The notes beneath the pieces were generated by a model that was given only the letters and a program-made list of their open reading frames with translations, was not told the origin of the DNA and ran no database searches. The translations under genes were made by a program, and so were the position numbers. Positions 51,585 to 59,958 of a stretch of 64,000 nt of DNA are shown here, one piece after another; position 1 is the first letter of the stretch; every line of letters begins with the position of its first letter. The stretch comes from a virus, in the IMG/VR virus record IMGVR_UViG_3300022752_000036, positions 31,646 through 95,645 of that record; one strand, written 5' to 3'.

Positions 51585-51863
51585 TTAAACTGGTGGAGTA
51601 AATGTAGTTCCATCATAAGACCAGTCTTGGCTGATTCTTACTTGAGATGTGGATCCGTCTTCATGCTGAATATCTGGGAATGTTATTCCAGTAATATCTA
51701 CAATTGTTGGATTGCTCAAAATAATAGCCCACATTCTCTCGTCAGTAGATAGCGTTTGAACAACTTTTCCATCAATCACATAAGCTAACTTTTTAATATT
51801 TTCAGCTGGCTCTGCTGGTGGAAGCTGTTGTGTTGCTAACCATGCCTCGTATGCTGTTGTCAT
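51585..51863 (-). CDS. Small adhesin-partner protein
   Basis: LAYVIDGKVVQTL...SNPTIVDIT...WSYDGTTFTPP; ATGA overlap. Confidence 0.65.
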   Translation of the reverse strand: MTTAYEAWLATQQLPPAEPAENIKKLAYVIDGKVVQTLSTDERMWAIILSNPTIVDITGITFPDIQHEDGSTSQVRISQDWSYDGTTFTPPV

Positions 51864-52102
51864 ATTATTTCCTCCTCTATTTTTTGTTGATTCCATTTTC
51901 CAATGGGACATGATGCATTAGGAAGCTTTACTTTAGCTGTCATTATGCAACCACATTTTTTACATTGGGTTGTAGGCTTTATGAAAAATTCACAAGCCCT
52001 ACAAATTTCCATTCTTTCATTTGCAGTTAGGTTATCAACACGACCTATTTTTTTATTATATAGGTCCCATGGTCTGGCTGGCCTTTCAAAAGGATCAGTC
52101 AT
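51860..52102 (-). CDS. Small 6-Cys protein (DUF6171-like)
   Basis: RMEICRACE...CKKCGC.M.AK...ASCPIGKW; family name from recall. Confidence 0.7.
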   Translation of the reverse strand: MTDPFERPARPWDLYNKKIGRVDNLTANERMEICRACEFFIKPTTQCKKCGCIMTAKVKLPNASCPIGKWNQQKIEEEII

Positions 52103-52475
52103 TTGTAACCTCTAAATCTGTAAACTGAAAGAAATCTTTTTCTTGTTCGTTGTATATCCAAGGGTGTTTTTCGTTTAAATTCATTTTATCTTTTTGCTCA
52201 TGATTAATTTCAATAAATATTGGTCTCATTTTTAATAAGTTTCCAAATTTAGGATTAGTTGTCATTATGTCTTCAACAATTAATGAGTCTGGATCTAAAA
52301 TGGCTACGTGCATTCCTAGTTTAGATTGATCTGGAACAAAGGCATGATCTTTTGGAGCCTTATATCCAATCTTTATTTTATGTCTTATAAAGTTATGTAT
52401 CTTATCTTTTGTATAGATATTAATATCTTTAATAGAGTTTTTTATATTTTGAATAAAGCTTATTTTATTATTCAT
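52095..52475 (-). CDS. Small adhesin-partner-like protein
   Basis: VAILDPDSLIVEDIM...RPIFIEI...WIYNEQEKDF, similar to 51585-51863. Confidence 0.55.
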   Translation of the reverse strand: MNNKISFIQNIKNSIKDINIYTKDKIHNFIRHKIKIGYKAPKDHAFVPDQSKLGMHVAILDPDSLIVEDIMTTNPKFGNLLKMRPIFIEINHEQKDKMNLNEKHPWIYNEQEKDFFQFTDLEVTND

Positions 52476-53822
52476 TTAATTTACCCTAAATTCGTCAATA
52501 GTGTACCCTTGGCTTGCATTTGAAGCTCTTGAAATTATACCATGCTCTTTTGACTTTTGTCCAGAGTGGGTTGCTGTTAAATCTGAACCAACCTGAGAGG
52601 TTAAATTAGTATCTGAATAAGCTTTAGCTGTAATATTATCTCCGCTTAATGTAACCTGTATTCCCTTAATATCTGTGGTCAAATTAGTTGTAGATCCTAC
52701 AACTGTTTCTGTGCCAGAAACTTTTTTAACTAAGTCTATTTTATGATGGTCTTGGCAACTGCAATTAAATGTGTAATAAGAAGCGCAACCGCAGCTAGAA
52801 TTAGGTCCGTATGAATATCCACTACAATATGTGCATTGGTTATATGCAGCACATACTGTACAGGGTGTATATCCATTGCAGTATGTACAGTTATTGTTTA
52901 CAGAACATATAGTACAACTTGTATAAGAAGTGCAGCAACTTTGTTGTGCGTATCCATTACAAACTGTACAAGTTCCATATCCAGTACAATATAGACATGG
53001 TCCATATCCTAAACAAGTTGAAACTACACATGTTGTATACCCTGCACAAGCCTGACATGCTCCATATGCGCTACAACTTGTTACTGCACAAAGATAGTAT
53101 GTTGAACATATAACACCGCCTTTATATGCATTATAAGTATAAGCAGCACAGCAAGAATATGAATAATATGTATATTGACTTGTACAACATGTGTAAGTAT
53201 AATAAGAAGAACAGCAAGTATAATAGTAATCTGAATATCCTGCTGAACAACACGCATAATATCCATATGATGTACAACAAGATTGAGTTGTATATGAGTT
53301 ACAAACAGTACATGTTCCATACCCGTTACAACAAGAAGTTGTTGTATATGAAGCACATCCACAACTAGAATGCTGTCCATATGCATATGAATTACAGCAT
53401 GATGTTGTTGTATAAGAAGCACAGCCACAACTTGAATCTGATCCGTATGAGTATGAACTGCAATATGAGCAGCTATTATAAGATCCACATGCGGTACAAG
53501 TTTGACATAAATTTGTAGTATTTTTAACTACTGCCCAGTAATTGCCAGAATCTGTTACCCAAAAAGCAGGGCCTACTCCAGATGCTGGATTTTTAGCTTT
53601 TAGTACTGCATCTGTTGAAGAAAACATTGTAGATATTAAGGAGCCAATTGACGAGGTTGTGCCTTTCCCGCCTGAAACTCCCCATCCTGAAACTACCGTT
53701 CTCCATTTGGCAGATGTAGATCCAGCATTTTCTAATGTGGCTCTAGAAAAATTTTCTACAAGAGAAAGCAATGCTTTTAGTCTAGAAGCAATGACATTTA
53801 CTCTTCGTTTTTTTGCTGGCAT
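52476..53822 (-). CDS. Beta-sandwich adhesin with a 50-Cys, Tyr-rich mirror-repeat insert
   Basis: TAATG-coupled start MPAKKRR; lectin-like flanks (AFWVTDSGNYWAV / IQVTLSGDNITAKAY...HGII...IDEF) around Cys repeats at 52755-53507. Confidence 0.8.
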   Translation of the reverse strand: MPAKKRRVNVIASRLKALLSLVENFSRATLENAGSTSAKWRTVVSGWGVSGGKGTTSSIGSLISTMFSSTDAVLKAKNPASGVGPAFWVTDSGNYWAVVKNTTNLCQTCTACGSYNSCSYCSSYSYGSDSSCGCASYTTTSCCNSYAYGQHSSCGCASYTTTSCCNGYGTCTVCNSYTTQSCCTSYGYYACCSAGYSDYYYTCCSSYYTYTCCTSQYTYYSYSCCAAYTYNAYKGGVICSTYYLCAVTSCSAYGACQACAGYTTCVVSTCLGYGPCLYCTGYGTCTVCNGYAQQSCCTSYTSCTICSVNNNCTYCNGYTPCTVCAAYNQCTYCSGYSYGPNSSCGCASYYTFNCSCQDHHKIDLVKKVSGTETVVGSTTNLTTDIKGIQVTLSGDNITAKAYSDTNLTSQVGSDLTATHSGQKSKEHGIISRASNASQGYTIDEFRVN

Positions 53823-55255
53823 TATGCAGTTGTATCTCCTGTAATGTACCAAGAATTAGTTGAATGTTTTTCTGCTACAATTGAAGAATACTGGACTCTG
53901 GTTTTAAATCCGCTATCTGCTGCTACTGCGGTGGCTGGGCTTGTAACAGAAATTGTTACTTGTCCTGTGCCCATTTGTCTAATTTCAAAATATGATCCTA
54001 TTGGAAATATTGTATCTCCAACATCATTTGGAATAGTAATTGTAACTGGCGAATTAGATGATGAATGAATTATTTTATATAGATCTGTTGCCGCAATAGT
54101 TCTTGTTGTTCCAGATTGACTTATATATTGCAATTTATCATCAGATTTTAAATTTAAAGCTGTTTGAGTTGCTGTTGATATTGGTTTATTAGCATCAGAT
54201 GTATTATCTACATTTGATAGATTTGCTATTGCTTTTGCTGTAGCAGATCTATTTCCTACAAATATTGTGCCTGCCATTGATGCGTGATATTGACATGCAT
54301 AAAATAAGCTTGGCTCTGGTGCAGACTGACTCAGTTCTACTAAAATAGAACCATTATCTGTTCCGTTGTTTGTTATTCCTGTTGAATAAACATTTCCAGA
54401 ACTATAGGCTCCCGAAACAGTTTGAATCCAAAATGGATGCCCTGGTGCATTAACAACTATTCTATATCTTTTACCTTTTTCAAAATAGAGTGTTCCATTA
54501 GCTATACCATTAACTGTATATGATCCCATTCCAGCATTTGTTATATAGTAATCTATTGAAGCTTCTGTTTTTGGAACATATGTAGCTGTAGCTGTAGAAG
54601 TATCTAGCTTAGTTCCAAGTGATGTTGTTACAGTTGATGCAAATGAAGCATCATCATTTATTGCTGCCGCCAATTCATTTAAAGTATCAAGCGTAGATGG
54701 AGCAGAATCTATAAGATTTGCTATTGCAGTTGAAATTGCTGTATTTCTATTTGTAACTTCTGTAGATATTGCTGAAGATAATTCTGAGTCTCTAGTTATT
54801 CCAGGTGGCAACTGAGAATTAGGAACATATCCGTCTCCGTCAAGTTCTGCTACACCGTCGGCATTACCCATAAGAGATAATGGAATATATCCTGTAGTTA
54901 TGGTATTAGAAAGACCATTAATTGCTGTGTCTACATATGTTTTATTTGCAATTACAGATGTATCTACATCAATTGTAAGTGTACCTGGATTAGATCCTTG
55001 ATCATCATAAGTTAAATCTATTCCTGTTCCACCTATTAATGTATCTCCTAAATAATCTTGAACTAATTCAAGCAGTTCTGCTGGAGTTGTATTTATATAA
55101 GGCAAAACCTGCCATCTTGAAGTTGCATCATTTGCAATTCCTACTTTAAATTTTTTATTTGTTGTATCATAACCCATTTCTCCTGCCTGCAAGATTGGAT
55201 TATTTGTTGTCCAGTTTGACGCTGTATCTCTTCTTATCTGTATTCTAATTGCCAT
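53822..55255 (-). CDS. Fibre protein: Mtd-N/hyaluronidase-like N-terminus, cupredoxin-like domain, C-terminal tip domain
   Basis: IQIRRDTASNW...NPILQAGEMGYDT; GHPFWI...LFYACQYHASMAG; RVQYSS...WYITGD. Confidence 0.8.
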   Translation of the reverse strand: MAIRIQIRRDTASNWTTNNPILQAGEMGYDTTNKKFKVGIANDATSRWQVLPYINTTPAELLELVQDYLGDTLIGGTGIDLTYDDQGSNPGTLTIDVDTSVIANKTYVDTAINGLSNTITTGYIPLSLMGNADGVAELDGDGYVPNSQLPPGITRDSELSSAISTEVTNRNTAISTAIANLIDSAPSTLDTLNELAAAINDDASFASTVTTSLGTKLDTSTATATYVPKTEASIDYYITNAGMGSYTVNGIANGTLYFEKGKRYRIVVNAPGHPFWIQTVSGAYSSGNVYSTGITNNGTDNGSILVELSQSAPEPSLFYACQYHASMAGTIFVGNRSATAKAIANLSNVDNTSDANKPISTATQTALNLKSDDKLQYISQSGTTRTIAATDLYKIIHSSSNSPVTITIPNDVGDTIFPIGSYFEIRQMGTGQVTISVTSPATAVAADSGFKTRVQYSSIVAEKHSTNSWYITGDTTA

Positions 55256-55554
55256 TATGAAACTCCTCCATCAATTCCTGTTTGAGAATTATATTGCTGA
55301 CCAGAGTTTCCGCCATCAAAAATAGTTAATGCTGGATTATATGCCCCAGCATAAACTGTATGAATATCTCCATCATATGTATGTATATGATTTTCAAGAA
55401 TATATTGAGAAGCGTTTACTGGGACCCAGTCTGACCCTGTATGCATCATTAGGGCATTTGTTGTGGTGTTAAAATATAAAGAACCAGACGTTCCTGTGGT
55501 TGGATTTTGTGATAGTGACGGCAGCGACAGTGTTGCTAGAAATTGTCTTGCCAT
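55255..55554 (-). CDS. Small structural protein
   Basis: MARQFL.., GSLYFNTT, HIHTYDG, FDGG; N-terminus resembles next gene. Confidence 0.65.
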   Translation of the reverse strand: MARQFLATLSLPSLSQNPTTGTSGSLYFNTTTNALMMHTGSDWVPVNASQYILENHIHTYDGDIHTVYAGAYNPALTIFDGGNSGQQYNSQTGIDGGVS

Positions 55555-55556
55555 GA

Positions 55557-56765
55557 TTATCCTGTGATAACTACTCTATATGCTCCACTTGCTGGCGCCG
55601 TAGCAAATCTCAATGTAATTGTATTTAGAGATGTGCGCTCTACGTCTGTTTCGACAAGTGCCTTTGATCCGCCTGTTTCATAGACATTAACAGTTACATC
55701 ATCTGTATTAAGGTTATGTGTAATAACAAAAGATGTAGCATTTGTTGTATTAGCTATATCTGTTGCATATTTTCTTGTTATAGCATGATATGTTCCACCA
55801 ACTTGACCAATTTGCCAAACGTCTGATGTTTCATTCCATAACAGTTCGGCATCTGGAGAATCTCCACGCTCTACACGAATTCCAGCATCAGCAACTGGTG
55901 TTCCTGTAAATGCTGAGTTAAGATTTATCTTATTATCTTGAACGTTAATTGTTGTTGTATTAACAGAATTAACTTTACCAGTTACATTTAAATCTCCGCC
56001 AACTGTAAGGTTGTTGGTAATTGTTACATCATCTGGAAGACCAATTGTTACTGTTGATCCCTCTCCTGATGTTGGAGATACTGTAATTTCGTTTGCAGTT
56101 CCTAAAATGTTTTGTACATAATCACCTGTAGTTTGTGTCCCAAGGTTTACATTCTTGATTGTAACTTCGCCATTTGTTACTGTAAAATCTGCATTAGCAA
56201 AAGACGCTATACCTTTATTTGTAGTACTTGCATCTTCTCCAGCAATTGTAATTGTATTATTTGTTACAGTTGTATCAATTCCTTCTCCCGCTGCAAATGT
56301 GAGAGTATCGGTTAGAAGGTTTACTGTATCTGTTGTTCCAGATTCTGCAGCAACTGAAAGTGTTGTTGCTACATTTACTGTTCCTGCTGCGGTTAATTGA
56401 CCTTGAGCATTAACTGTAAATGTTGGAATTTGTGTATTAGAACCATATGAACCAGCTGTAACACCAGTATTTGTAATAGAAATTGTTTCTGTGCCTGCTG
56501 GATCGCCATAAGTTGCGGTGATACCAGTTCCGCCAATAATTGTTGAACCAATTACATCTTGAATAACTTCTGTAGAAGCACCCATAGGCATCCATGGGCC
56601 ATTTGGTGCGGCTAATCCATTGTAGTAATAAAGAACATTATCGCCAGTATTGTAGTATAGTTGTCCTGTTACTGGATTTGAAGGTGCTGAACCTAATCCT
56701 TGAATTCGAGCATTAAGAAGTTCATTTTTATTGAGATCTATACTCGTTACAAATAATCTTGCCAT
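55557..56765 (-). CDS. Fibre or structural protein
   Basis: [28 protein letters not shown]...[26 protein letters not shown] motifs. Confidence 0.75.
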   Translation of the reverse strand: MARLFVTSIDLNKNELLNARIQGLGSAPSNPVTGQLYYNTGDNVLYYYNGLAAPNGPWMPMGASTEVIQDVIGSTIIGGTGITATYGDPAGTETISITNTGVTAGSYGSNTQIPTFTVNAQGQLTAAGTVNVATTLSVAAESGTTDTVNLLTDTLTFAAGEGIDTTVTNNTITIAGEDASTTNKGIASFANADFTVTNGEVTIKNVNLGTQTTGDYVQNILGTANEITVSPTSGEGSTVTIGLPDDVTITNNLTVGGDLNVTGKVNSVNTTTINVQDNKINLNSAFTGTPVADAGIRVERGDSPDAELLWNETSDVWQIGQVGGTYHAITRKYATDIANTTNATSFVITHNLNTDDVTVNVYETGGSKALVETDVERTSLNTITLRFATAPASGAYRVVITG

Positions 56766-56777
56766 GTTTTAATCTCC

Positions 56778-57218
56778 TTAAGACAGGTACGCTGTCCCTG
56801 AGAATGGTTGAGCCATCGTCAGTGTAATTTGGTTAACACTATTATAGTCTATTCCTGTTTCTAATATATCGCCAGCGCTGGTTTTAACCGTTACATTAGG
56901 ATGATATCCTAAATTGTGGTTAATTACTAAAGACCATATGCCGTTTGAAGGACCTGCTACCTGACCCATCGAAAAGGGATATGTAAGGGTTCCAGTTGAT
57001 AGGAAGTAGCTTGTTGCTCCTGCCCATGTCAGGTCATTTAGTTTTGGACCATAGAATTTTGTAGTATTTTTATCATAATAAAAATCGCCTTCAACACCTA
57101 AAGAGTTTGCTGGGGCTCCAACTCCATTAAGGATTGTTTTACCTCTTGGACCTTGAGGGCCTGGGGCGGATATGACTACGTCATTTTTAACTTCTGTTAC
57201 TATAATTTTTTCTGTCAT
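56778..57218 (-). CDS. Structural protein with short collagen and HNLG domain
   Basis: GPQGPRG, GDFYYD, INHNLGYHPNVTV, FSGTAYLS. Confidence 0.7.
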   Translation of the reverse strand: MTEKIIVTEVKNDVVISAPGPQGPRGKTILNGVGAPANSLGVEGDFYYDKNTTKFYGPKLNDLTWAGATSYFLSTGTLTYPFSMGQVAGPSNGIWSLVINHNLGYHPNVTVKTSAGDILETGIDYNSVNQITLTMAQPFSGTAYLS

Positions 57219-57562
57219 ATTGTTACCGACCTACTTAAAGTAATATATCCCTCAAGCAATTTTGTCTTATTTCCGTTAGAGTCTGTTATCATAATATCGT
57301 ATGAAGACTTAGGATAAAAAAGAGAATTTGTTTGTGCTGGAGTCATTTTTATATTTAGTTGTCCTAAAGATTCGTTTATTGTTATACCAGAAAGCGGGGA
57401 AGTAAGAGTAAAGGCTAACTTTGATCCGCCCTTTGTATCTCTAACCTGCATTTTAGCTGATGCATTTGTTAAAGCTATAGGTTGATCATTACTGTCTCTA
57501 TATTCTACAACAAAAGAAAATGTTGTATTTTGATCTATTTCAAAATTCTTCTGGGCTGCCAT
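57215..57562 (-). CDS. Beta-sandwich virion attachment protein (BppU/gp6-like)
   Basis: IDQNTTF, ALTNASAKMQVR, YDIMI, KLLEG motifs; first gene of the fibre block. Confidence 0.65.
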   Translation of the reverse strand: MAAQKNFEIDQNTTFSFVVEYRDSNDQPIALTNASAKMQVRDTKGGSKLAFTLTSPLSGITINESLGQLNIKMTPAQTNSLFYPKSSYDIMITDSNGNKTKLLEGYITLSRSVTI

Positions 57563-57579
57563 AAATCTCCTAAAATAGG

Positions 57580-57609
57580 AAAACTCCTATGCCCATTTTA
57601 GCATAGGAG
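57580..57609 (-). terminator. Terminator after holin-like gene, overlapping an extended -10 (TGCTAAAAT, 57595-57603)
   Basis: CTCCTATGC-TAAAATGG-GCATAGGAG-TTTT. Confidence 0.65.
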
Positions 57610-57628
57610 CAATCCTAATTGAAGTTAA

Positions 57629-57859
57629 TTACTTCTTTGTAAACCCAAAACTTGATTCGTTTGGATTCAACGCCTTTAAAATCACTGGGAGACATGCTGC
57701 AATTCCACCTTTAATCAAATCTCCTGGGTCAGTGTTTCCAGTCATGTAAAGAGCAATAGCCGCACCTAGAAAGTGACGACCATAGCTTGCCAACGCTGCT
57801 AGAATTTTCTCTTGCATTGTTACCTTTCCATCATTATTAAGATCTTGTTTTGTTGCCAA
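57629..57859 (-). CDS. Holin-like small membrane protein
   Basis: Two hydrophobic segments, LKALNPN..FG C-terminus, N-terminal DLNNDGKV; TTG start, AAGGAGG RBS. Confidence 0.6.
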   Translation of the reverse strand: MATKQDLNNDGKVTMQEKILAALASYGRHFLGAAIALYMTGNTDPGDLIKGGIAACLPVILKALNPNESSFGFTKK

Positions 57860-57932
57860 TTTAGATCCTCCTTATTTCTGGGCATTGTGCCCAGGAATTT
57901 TGGGTGTTAACCCAATATCTATTATATACCTA

Positions 57933-59867
57933 TTATGCGGAAATGTCTACAATCTCACAATTTCCGTCTGAAGTGCAGGCTAGCGTCTGAGTTCCACTAG
58001 TTCCATCTTCCGTTTCATAAAAAGATAAATCTTCCCAACGAATACTTGATGGCATTTTAGCAAGAAGCTCTAGATACTCTGTTTCGGTAACTTCTTGATA
58101 AGGGGCTTGCTTATATGAGTGGTCTGAATATGGTAGGAATGAAATTCCAGACACCTCATCAAAATGCTCCCATACCCATGCGCCTACCGCCATCCATTCG
58201 TCATCACGAACAGATACAGTAATTGAAGGTTTGTGCTCACACCATGCTCGTTGATAAACAAGCCATGTATTTAAATGATCGATTGCAGTCAAGTCATTTC
58301 TGAGTACAGCACCTTCTGGTGCTTTTACTGGGAATGAGAATACATATGTATCGGTTGGTTTCATAAAATCATCTTCTACTGGAATTCCAACCTCTTTAAG
58401 AAATGTTGATAATGGATCTTTCTTGTCTCCACGAACTGTGCGAATATAATACTGTGAATGCCAAGGATGCATTCCTGAAGATACACCTACAAGTTGTGAT
58501 ACTGTTCCTGAAGGCTTAACACATGTAATTGCGGTGGATTCTTGAATACCAATCTTTACAGCCTCTTCTTTATTTGTAGTCCTAGCATATTCACGTAGAC
58601 CGTCTAGAGTTTCTCCAAGCTTTTTCAAGTCTTCTTTACCTGAGAAAAACTTATTACCAAATTGTCCAGTTAAAGATACTCCCAATAGACGCTCTTCTTC
58701 TGTATTGTCTTTCCAGATTTTGCGAAGATATTTGAAATCCGTAAGAGTTGATTGCCATGTTCCAAGAATAGTGGCTAGTCTTACTTTTTCTGCCACCGTC
58801 TTAGGGGTATCGTTTTCACGAATTACAACTTCGGATAAATTACAAAATTGATAAGGTCTAAGGATAATTTCTGAGCATGGGTTAGTTCCATAGTGGATTT
58901 CTGGATCTCTACGTCCCCATCTTGCTGCTTGCTTTTGAGCAGCGGCAACATTGTATATGCCACGCTCACCTGATTTTGAGTCATACAGGTTTTTCCATTC
59001 CGCAATAAACTGTTCCATTTCTGGCTTACGAGAATATGCTACTGAATTATTTGATAGTGCTCGTTGAGAATTGCTTTCCCACCAGTTACCTGATTTTGCT
59101 GCTGCCATCTCAATATCGTTAATATTAGAAAGAGAAATCATTGCAGATCTGCGAACTCCGCCAACAACTACAACTTCACCAATCTTACACATTATATCGT
59201 GAGCCTCAATAGGCTTCAACTGACGACCTGCAGCACCTTTGAACTTTGCAATTGTAAAATCAAAAAGATTAACTAACGGCTGTGGTCCAGATGAACGACC
59301 ACCCATAGTCTTAAGACGTGCACCTGCTGGACGAAGCTTTGAAACATCAATTGAAGGAATCTGACCAGCCCATAGCATAGCAAGGAGTTCACGATAAGCC
59401 TTTGCCCAACCGTTCTTTGAATCTTCAACTACAATTACTGTTGTAGACTTTTCAAATGATTCTGGGACGGTAGGAAGTTTATTAACATACTTATATTCAA
59501 CAGAGAATCCAACACCTGTTCCACACATCAAAATATACATTGTTTCATCAAATGAACGAGGTGAATCTACTGGAACGAATGAGCAGTTATATCCTGCAAC
59601 ATGGTCTCTATCAAGAGCAGCACCTGCAGTCATTACTGCTCGCATTGACGGCATTACATTTCTATCATATACTGCTTTTTTTAAGTCTTCTACAAGTTTT
59701 GCTTCTGGCTCATAGCTATAGTTTTTAAATAGATGATCTAGCATAAAAGCAAAGTATCTATCTACTGTTTCTCCCCATGTTTCACGTCTATTTTCTTCTG
59801 GCATCCAACGTGCATAACGAGATAAAGCAATAAAGTTTTCATATGGATTTTGAATAATCCTTGACAT
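57933..59867 (-). CDS. nrdJ: Class II (adenosylcobalamin-dependent) ribonucleotide reductase
   Basis: YNCSF, GTGVGF, GGVRRSA, TNPCSEI, FCNLSE, VKPSGTVS, C-terminal CTSDGNC pair; no beta subunit nearby. Confidence 0.93.
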   Translation of the reverse strand: MSRIIQNPYENFIALSRYARWMPEENRRETWGETVDRYFAFMLDHLFKNYSYEPEAKLVEDLKKAVYDRNVMPSMRAVMTAGAALDRDHVAGYNCSFVPVDSPRSFDETMYILMCGTGVGFSVEYKYVNKLPTVPESFEKSTTVIVVEDSKNGWAKAYRELLAMLWAGQIPSIDVSKLRPAGARLKTMGGRSSGPQPLVNLFDFTIAKFKGAAGRQLKPIEAHDIMCKIGEVVVVGGVRRSAMISLSNINDIEMAAAKSGNWWESNSQRALSNNSVAYSRKPEMEQFIAEWKNLYDSKSGERGIYNVAAAQKQAARWGRRDPEIHYGTNPCSEIILRPYQFCNLSEVVIRENDTPKTVAEKVRLATILGTWQSTLTDFKYLRKIWKDNTEEERLLGVSLTGQFGNKFFSGKEDLKKLGETLDGLREYARTTNKEEAVKIGIQESTAITCVKPSGTVSQLVGVSSGMHPWHSQYYIRTVRGDKKDPLSTFLKEVGIPVEDDFMKPTDTYVFSFPVKAPEGAVLRNDLTAIDHLNTWLVYQRAWCEHKPSITVSVRDDEWMAVGAWVWEHFDEVSGISFLPYSDHSYKQAPYQEVTETEYLELLAKMPSSIRWEDLSFYETEDGTSGTQTLACTSDGNCEIVDISA

Positions 59868-59925
59868 TTTGAGTAATACCTTTCGTCCGCCTTACGGTTA
59901 ATAATAAAAAATAAGTAAGTGCTCT

Positions 59926-59934
59926 ATTCTATCA
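59926..59934 (-). promoter_or_regulatory. Extended -10 promoter for nrdJ
   Basis: TGATAGAAT in intergenic region. Confidence 0.5.
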
Positions 59935-59958
59935 AAGAATTATTTAAAAGAGAAGAGG

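Noticed and set aside
52755-53507. Cys-rich repeats as a RiPP precursor or DGR variable region
   Set aside because: The repeat is an insert within a larger beta-sandwich protein; no reverse transcriptase, adenine-specific repeat pair, radical SAM or other RiPP enzyme was seen in the window
57820-57850. EF-hand or dockerin call from DLNNDGKVT in the holin-like protein
   Set aside because: Single short motif without a paired domain; insufficient for a functional call
618-59728. Many 60-170 aa antisense or alternate-frame ORFs inside long minus-strand genes (e.g. 2239-2556, 25016-25384, 34723-35169, 40083-40508, 53081-53488)
   Set aside because: Shadows of biased codon usage or low-complexity genes; 2239-2556 also conflicts with the coupled C2H2 microprotein
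59868-59925. Cobalamin riboswitch or ribozyme upstream of nrdJ (ccgtaagg, cgaaag mini-loops)
   Set aside because: Leader is only ~50 nt and lacks B12-box or hammerhead core; stems too short to support a call
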